A stretch of 64,000 nucleotides of DNA from an uncultured Elusimicrobia bacterium (lineage in GTDB: Bacteria; Elusimicrobiota; Elusimicrobia; 2-01-FULL-59-12). Positions 58,659 through 64,000 of the stretch are shown here, in pieces. The stretch covers positions 224,001-288,000 of the forward strand of contig OY969767.1 in the NCBI GenBank assembly GCA_963702895.1, in the 5' to 3' direction. The notes beneath the pieces are model-generated. The model was given only the letters and a program-made list of their open reading frames with translations, was not told the origin of the DNA and searched no databases. Both the position numbers and the translations under genes were made by a program. Every line of letters starts with the position of its first letter. Positions within the stretch are counted from its first letter, which is position 1.

Positions 58659-60245
58659 TTAGGTTCGGGTGTTCGCGGTCGCGCCGCCTGGCGACGGCGT
58701 GCCTTGCCGCAGAGACAACGAGACCCCCAAGATGTCCAAGAGCATGTCCGCTTTCCGGGACAAGGATTGGCGTTCGAGCGACAGGTCCCCCACATCGTCG
58801 GGGACCCAGAGGTTGCATTGGGAACCTTTTCTTTCGATGGTGAGGGTGTTGCATTTCTGCTGATGGCTCGCGTCAAGGCCTTCCGCAACGCGCAGCAGGG
58901 CAGAAAGCTTCGAGACGATCGAACGATCCGCGCGTGGCAGAGCAATATAGTTGGGATGGGTCAGTTTGGGCTGGGAGCGACGATGGTAGCGGGCGACGTT
59001 CGCCACAATATCCTTATCCGCTTTGCGCAGCCCAAAAATCTCAGCGGATTGGATCAGGTACGCGCTGTGCTTATGATGGCTGGAAGCGGCGATGAAACTC
59101 CCGATGTCATGCAGGTGGGCCGCGACCTCAAGCAGTAAGCGCTCCCGCGGTCCGAGGCCATGGTCTTGCTGGAGCGCCTCAAAGAGCTTCAAGGCGATGG
59201 CCGCGACATTCTGGGCATGGGTTTCGTCGTAGTGGTATTTCTTTCCCAGATTTTTGGCAGAGCGGATGACTTGCCGGGAAAGATCGGTGCGCTTATTGCC
59301 GGAGATGAGTTGCGCCATCTCGAGGAGCAGGCCGTCACGAATGCTCACCATCGGCGCAAGGATCTTTTCGGCTTTGGTTTCAGCCAGAAAATTAGCGTAG
59401 AGGAGAAGGGACGCATAAAGCGTTTCCGCATCCGTATAGGGGATGCCGTAGGTCTCGGAGATTTCTTCGGCCGGCATCTTCGAGAGCGATTTAAGAAAGT
59501 CCGTGAAGTCCTTGGCGGAGAAGGTGGCCAGGGGCCCCGCGTCCTTATTCGCTATCTCTTTGGCGATAAAGCGCATGCTCGCGCCCAGTGCGATGAAACA
59601 GTCGACGCTCCCCAAGTCAAATTCCCGGCGGAATTCATCAGCGATGGCGCTCACGCGGCGCTTGAGAATTCTCTGCAGAATCGCGGGATCGAGCTTCTCG
59701 GTTTCCGCTTGCTCAGGCAACCGGAGGGAGCCAATCGGCAAGGTTCTCGTGAGGGAGACCTCGCCTGAGAGCATGGCCATGAACTCGGTGCTCCCTGTGC
59801 CCACTTCAATGATCAGGCTGTTGTGCTGTTCAAGGTCAAAGCGCCCTTGAAGGGCGTGCTCAACGGCGATGAGGCCGAGGCGATTCTCCTCCGCCCCTTC
59901 GATGATTTCCACGTCAATGCCTGTGCGCACGAAGACCTGATCGATGAAGTTGTCGCGGTTGTTCGCTTCACGAACGGCGCTCGTGGCGATGGCGTGCATG
60001 CGCTTGACGCCGTAGCTGTCCAAAATGGATTTGAAGTTGATGAGGATCTCAAGCCCTCGCCGGATCGTGCCGGGCGCAAGTCGGCCCGTCTTGAAAACAT
60101 CTTTCCCGAAAGGGACCGCTTGCTGAAGGTTTTCAAGGTATCGAATGCTCAGATTGGGCCCGAGTTCCGCGACGACCGTGCGGATGGCGCTTGAGCCAAT
60201 GTCGATGACAGCAGCGATTTCAGTGCCGGCGGCGTCCTGGGCCAT
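58659..60245 (-). CDS. ppx: Ppx/GppA exopolyphosphatase with HD domain
   Basis: IDIGSSAIR, ATSAVREA.N, EVGTGSTE, SIRDGLL, LHDIG, HHKHS, ARYHR. Confidence 0.92.
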   Translation of the reverse strand: MAQDAAGTEIAAVIDIGSSAIRTVVAELGPNLSIRYLENLQQAVPFGKDVFKTGRLAPGTIRRGLEILINFKSILDSYGVKRMHAIATSAVREANNRDNFIDQVFVRTGIDVEIIEGAEENRLGLIAVEHALQGRFDLEQHNSLIIEVGTGSTEFMAMLSGEVSLTRTLPIGSLRLPEQAETEKLDPAILQRILKRRVSAIADEFRREFDLGSVDCFIALGASMRFIAKEIANKDAGPLATFSAKDFTDFLKSLSKMPAEEISETYGIPYTDAETLYASLLLYANFLAETKAEKILAPMVSIRDGLLLEMAQLISGNKRTDLSRQVIRSAKNLGKKYHYDETHAQNVAAIALKLFEALQQDHGLGPRERLLLEVAAHLHDIGSFIAASSHHKHSAYLIQSAEIFGLRKADKDIVANVARYHRRSQPKLTHPNYIALPRADRSIVSKLSALLRVAEGLDASHQQKCNTLTIERKGSQCNLWVPDDVGDLSLERQSLSRKADMLLDILGVSLSLRQGTPSPGGATANTRT

Positions 60246-61231
60246 CAGTCCTCCCCTCCGAAACGGTCCCAGGCCCGTTTGGCCGCGCCCATGGCAATCG
60301 CGTAGTCGCCGAGCTTGGCGGCCGTCACTTTCACCTGGCGCGCCAGTGCCGGCATGGCTTGAGCTTTCATGGACCGGGTCGCTTCTTGCACGATGAGACG
60401 GGGCATGGCTTCGATCAAACCACCGCCTAAGACAATCATTTCAGGGTTGAGAATGTTCACCAGATCCGCCATGACGCGTCCGATCACGCGGGACTTTCGC
60501 AAGAGCAGCTCGTAAATGCCCCGGTCTCCCGCACGCAGAGCTTCCGCCAGCTGTCCGCTCTTGATATCGAGGATGTCCGTGCCGGCGGTTTCAAGCAGAA
60601 CAGGCGCCACTTGTCGGGCGGCGAGTGCCGCCGCTTCGGTGGCGATGGAGAGTCTCGAGCAGAGCGATTCAAAACACCCCTGGCGTCCGCAGCCGCAGCG
60701 CGCCCCATCGCGATCGATCTGCACATGGCCAATTTCCCCGGCGCCTCCGGTGGCGCCGCCATAGAGTTGACCATTGAGGATGAGCGCGCCTCCAATGCCG
60801 GTGCCGATGAAAAGCCCCACGACGTGGTTTGATCCCTTTGCCGCGCCAAATTGATGTTCCCCAAAGAGGCCAATATTCACATCGTTGCCGAGGACGACGG
60901 GAAGACCCAGCCGTTTGGTTATTTTGGCGGCCAGAGGGAATCGTTTCAAAAATCCCAGATTGGGCGAGGAGATGACGCGGCCGCGCCTTTCATCGATGAG
61001 CCCCGGACAGCCCATGCCGATCCCGGTCACTTCGGCCTTTCGGATGCCGCGGTGGCTGAGGAGTTCCTCGAAAGTCTCCGTAAGGTTATTCAGAAAAAAT
61101 CGTTCACCCTTCTGGGGTTTGCTGCGGGCCTTCACTTCGAAGAGAGGTCGAAACGCGCGATCGTAGAGAACGGCGAGAATTTTTGTTCCGCCCAGATCGC
61201 AACCGATGACATAGCGTTTCTTATTGCCCAT
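60245..61231 (-). CDS. ROK-family sugar kinase
   Basis: DLGGTK, GCPG, NDVN, GTGIGG, GEIGH, CGCG..GCFE. Confidence 0.92.
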   Translation of the reverse strand: MGNKKRYVIGCDLGGTKILAVLYDRAFRPLFEVKARSKPQKGERFFLNNLTETFEELLSHRGIRKAEVTGIGMGCPGLIDERRGRVISSPNLGFLKRFPLAAKITKRLGLPVVLGNDVNIGLFGEHQFGAAKGSNHVVGLFIGTGIGGALILNGQLYGGATGGAGEIGHVQIDRDGARCGCGRQGCFESLCSRLSIATEAAALAARQVAPVLLETAGTDILDIKSGQLAEALRAGDRGIYELLLRKSRVIGRVMADLVNILNPEMIVLGGGLIEAMPRLIVQEATRSMKAQAMPALARQVKVTAAKLGDYAIAMGAAKRAWDRFGGED

Positions 61232-61322
61232 CAAGGACCTTCCCAATGCCCGTTAAGGAGGGCGCGTTTCTCGAGGGTATTATAGCTTCCCGGGGATGGC
61301 CAATGGGACGGCTTTTGTGCCC

Positions 61323-62012
61323 TTAAGCGGTCTTCTCTGGTTCGGGCTTTTGGTGTCCTTCCGAGTGGTGGCGGATATCCTTCCCGGCGACGACAAACAC
61401 CACATCTTCCGAGATATTGGTGGCGTGATCGGCGATGCGCTCGAGATTTCGGGCGATGAGGATCAAGTCGATCGCCCGCTTGATCGTGGCGGGATCGGAA
61501 ATCATATAGGTGAGGAGCTCGCGAAAGACCTGTTCCTTAAGTTCGTCGACTTGGTCGTCCCGTACCAGGACCGAACGCGCGAGATTCTCGTCACGGTTCA
61601 CGAAGGAGTCCAGGGCGTCTTTGAGCATTTTGCTGGCTATTTGGGCCATGCGCGGCACATCGATCAGGGGTTTGAGCGCCGGCTCCTGAAGCAAATACTC
61701 GGTCGTCTGGCTGATGTTGACCGCCTGGTCGCCGATGCGTTCCAAGTCCGAATTGATTTTCATGGCGGCGGTGATAAAACGGAGGTCGGAAGCGGTGGGC
61801 TGGTGCAGGGCGATCATCTGCAGGCAACGCTCATCAATTTCGATTTGAAGTTTGTTGACCTCGTCTTCTTGTCGGTACACTTCTTGGGTCAGTTCTTTCT
61901 TGCGGTCGGTGAGCGCCTTGATGGCGATATGGATCATGGTCTCGGTGAGACTGCCCATGTAGAGGATGCGTTCCTTGAGCTGCTGTAAATCCTGGTCAAA
62001 ATGTCTTTCCAT
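61323..62012 (-). CDS. phoU: Phosphate signalling protein PhoU
   Basis: QPTASDLR, DLERIGD, DDQVD, RNLERIADHATNISE. Confidence 0.97.
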   Translation of the reverse strand: MERHFDQDLQQLKERILYMGSLTETMIHIAIKALTDRKKELTQEVYRQEDEVNKLQIEIDERCLQMIALHQPTASDLRFITAAMKINSDLERIGDQAVNISQTTEYLLQEPALKPLIDVPRMAQIASKMLKDALDSFVNRDENLARSVLVRDDQVDELKEQVFRELLTYMISDPATIKRAIDLILIARNLERIADHATNISEDVVFVVAGKDIRHHSEGHQKPEPEKTA

Positions 62013-62027
62013 AGTTCCTTTCCTTTC

Positions 62028-62098
62028 GTCATCCCCCGCGGACGTAAGCGGGGGATCCATCGGTGGATGGACCCCGGCTAACGACATGCCTGGGTGAC
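62028..62098. repeat. Double-hairpin REP-like element between pstB and phoU
   Basis: GTCATCCCCCGC...GCGGGGGATCCATC-GGTGGATGGACCCCGG...CCTGGGTGAC. Confidence 0.8.
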
Positions 62099-62108
62099 AC
62101 CCTAGTCG

Positions 62109-62912
62109 TTACCCAAAACGGCCTGTGATGTAGTCTTCCGTGCGTTGGTCGCGGGGTGTCGTAAATAGAGTCCGGGTGTTGCCGAATTCGACCAACTCCC
62201 CCAAGAGCATAAAGCCCGCGCAATCTGAAACACGCGCTGCTTGCTGCATGTTGTGCGTCACGATCACGATAGTGTATTTTTCTTTTAAGGCGATCATCAG
62301 CTCCTCAATTCGCGCTGTCGCGATAGGATCGAGGGCCGAGCAGGGTTCGTCCATCAGCAGCACGTCAGGTTCTGTCGCCAGCAGCCGCGAAATACAAAGC
62401 CGTTGCTGTTGTTCTGGTGAAAGGCTCAGGGCCGATTCGCGAAGGCGACCTTTCACTTCCGTCCAGAGACCGGTGTGCGTTAAGCACCGCTCCACAAGGC
62501 CCTCCAAAGGGCCAAACGTTCGCAGGTTGTGAATGCGCGGCCCATACGCGACATTCTCGAAGATGGACAGAGGAAAGGGATTGGGCCTTTGAAAGACCAT
62601 GCCGACCTTCTTGCGTAGTGCGGCCAAGGCCATGGCTTTCCCATAAACGTCCTGACCGTCCAAGGAGACCCGTCCTTCGATGCGAACACCTTCAATCAGG
62701 TCATTCATCCTGTTGAATGTGCGAAGGAGCGTCGACTTCCCGCAACCTGAAGGGCCGATCATCGCGGTGATGGCTTGGGAAGGTATTCGTATCGAAACAT
62801 TGATGAGGGCCTGGAAGGCGTTATAGAAAAGATTAAGCCCCACGGTCTCTAGCTTGGGTGTCATGGCAAGAGAAGTGTGGTTTTTCATGAACGGCGCTTG
62901 CGTCGTGATCAT
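62109..62912 (-). CDS. pstB: Phosphate ABC ATP-binding protein PstB (degenerate signature LSPEQ)
   Basis: GPSGCGKST, NRMNDL, FQRPNPF, MDEPCSALDP, VTHNMQQA, YITGRFG. Confidence 0.95.
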   Translation of the reverse strand: MITTQAPFMKNHTSLAMTPKLETVGLNLFYNAFQALINVSIRIPSQAITAMIGPSGCGKSTLLRTFNRMNDLIEGVRIEGRVSLDGQDVYGKAMALAALRKKVGMVFQRPNPFPLSIFENVAYGPRIHNLRTFGPLEGLVERCLTHTGLWTEVKGRLRESALSLSPEQQQRLCISRLLATEPDVLLMDEPCSALDPIATARIEELMIALKEKYTIVIVTHNMQQAARVSDCAGFMLLGELVEFGNTRTLFTTPRDQRTEDYITGRFG

Positions 62913-63667
62913 CCAAATCGACCTGTGATATAAGCTTCGGTTCTGGGGTCTTTCGGGTTCGTGAACAGGGTTGCCGTCGAGTCCGCCTCCACCATCTCTC
63001 CCATGAGAAGGAAGACGGTCCGGTCCGAAACACGGGAGGCTTGTTTCACATTGTTGGTCACGAGCACCACTCCGATTTCTGTTTTTAAGTCCGTGAGCGC
63101 TTCTTCAATCTTGGCGGTGGAAATGGGGTCCAGTCCCGAGCAGGGCTCATCCAACAGCAGGACATCCGGTTCGACCATCAGAGAGCGTGCCAGGCAGAGA
63201 CGTTGTTGTTGGCCGCCGGAAAGATTGCCGGCCTTTTCGTGTAACCGGTCTTTCACTTCCTCCCACAAAGAAGCGCGCGTGAGACACTTTTCCATCATCT
63301 CGCGGAGTGCTTGGGGTGTCGTGGACCGATGCAAGTGAGGGCCGAAGGCCAAATTCTCATAAATCGACATCGGCAAAGAGATCGGGACAGAGAAGACAAT
63401 TCCTACGCGGCGCCGAATTTCCACCACGTCAACCCCCGCGCCGTAGACCGCTTGGCCAGCCAAGAAAAGCTCTCCTGAGACGCGAAGCTCTTTGTCCAGA
63501 TCAATCATGCGATTGAGGGCCCTCAGGAGGGTGGTTTTGCCGCTCCCCGCGGGCCCGATGACGGAAAGCAGTTCGCCGATGCGTATTTGGATGGAGATCG
63601 GCTGCAGAAGCGGTTTCCCTTGACAAGAGACGGCGAGCCCCTTCGTTTCCATGAGGGGAGAATTCAT
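62909..63667 (-). CDS. pstB: Phosphate ABC ATP-binding protein PstB paralog (H-loop His replaced by Asn)
   Basis: GPAGSGKTT, LSGGQQQR, LDEPCSGLDP, VTNNVKQA, YITGRFG; ATGA overlaps at both ends. Confidence 0.92.
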   Translation of the reverse strand: MNSPLMETKGLAVSCQGKPLLQPISIQIRIGELLSVIGPAGSGKTTLLRALNRMIDLDKELRVSGELFLAGQAVYGAGVDVVEIRRRVGIVFSVPISLPMSIYENLAFGPHLHRSTTPQALREMMEKCLTRASLWEEVKDRLHEKAGNLSGGQQQRLCLARSLMVEPDVLLLDEPCSGLDPISTAKIEEALTDLKTEIGVVLVTNNVKQASRVSDRTVFLLMGEMVEADSTATLFTNPKDPRTEAYITGRFG

Positions 63668-64000
63668 CGCGACGCTCTCAACTTCCGCCTGATCTTGGAG
63701 CGTATCCATATGGCCGTAAAGTTGAGGGCGAAGGTCACGGCCAAAAGCACAAAGACGGTCGCATAGAGTATCGGCTTGGTCGCCTCGACGTCTGGTGATT
63801 GGGTTGCCATGACGTAGATGTGGTAACCCATTTCCATGAATTGATCATTAAGTTTCTTAGGAAGGTAGGGAAGGTAATAAGCCGCTCCTGTAAAAAGGAT
63901 CGGGGCCACTTCGCCAGCGCCCCGGCTGATCGCGAGGATCCCACCCGTGAGCATGCCGCCCACAGCCTGGGGAAGAACGATTTTGCGTATCATTTGGAGG
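63664..64000 (-). CDS. pstA: Phosphate ABC permease PstA (3' part, truncated by window edge)
   Basis: VLPQA..G.LTG.ILAISRGAGEVAPILFTG, YHIY. Confidence 0.9.
   Translation of the reverse strand, partial: LQMIRKIVLPQAVGGMLTGGILAISRGAGEVAPILFTGAAYYLPYLPKKLNDQFMEMGYHIYVMATQSPDVEATKPILYATVFVLLAVTFALNFTAIWIRSKIRRKLRASR

Overview
64 kb of GC-rich bacterial chromosome. The gene repertoire suggests Elusimicrobiota or a similar lineage (inference only): PorV plus FlgD-Ig cargo, GldAFG-like ABC, tandem PilT, TadA and a giant orphan protein. Most of it is housekeeping: gatCAB, pcrA, rlmD, ccsA, fbaB, def, accA, pfk and a pst-phoU-ROK-ppx-ppk1-sixA-CHAD phosphate/polyphosphate cluster. The first 5 kb is the 3' end of a giant orphan protein. 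The most striking structure is a complete group II intron (5533-7414, RT/maturase without endonuclease domain) inserted precisely into a 146-bp TTAG-flanked MITE-like repeat. An intron-free copy of that repeat, ~95% identical, lies at 13598-13791 and shows the empty homing site. The repeat belongs to a layered repeat system: at least 10 double-hairpin REP-like elements, inverted arrays of 7/8-mers that often overlap start codons or signal peptides, and tiny nested insertions with target duplications. Other notable points: two PstB paralogs with complementary catalytic defects (predicted one-site asymmetric ATPase), a degenerate CtaA, a stand-alone EreA/ChaN-like protein, many apparently leaderless genes, and three probable frameshifts (assembly errors or pseudogenes). 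No CRISPR array, tRNA or rRNA was recognised.
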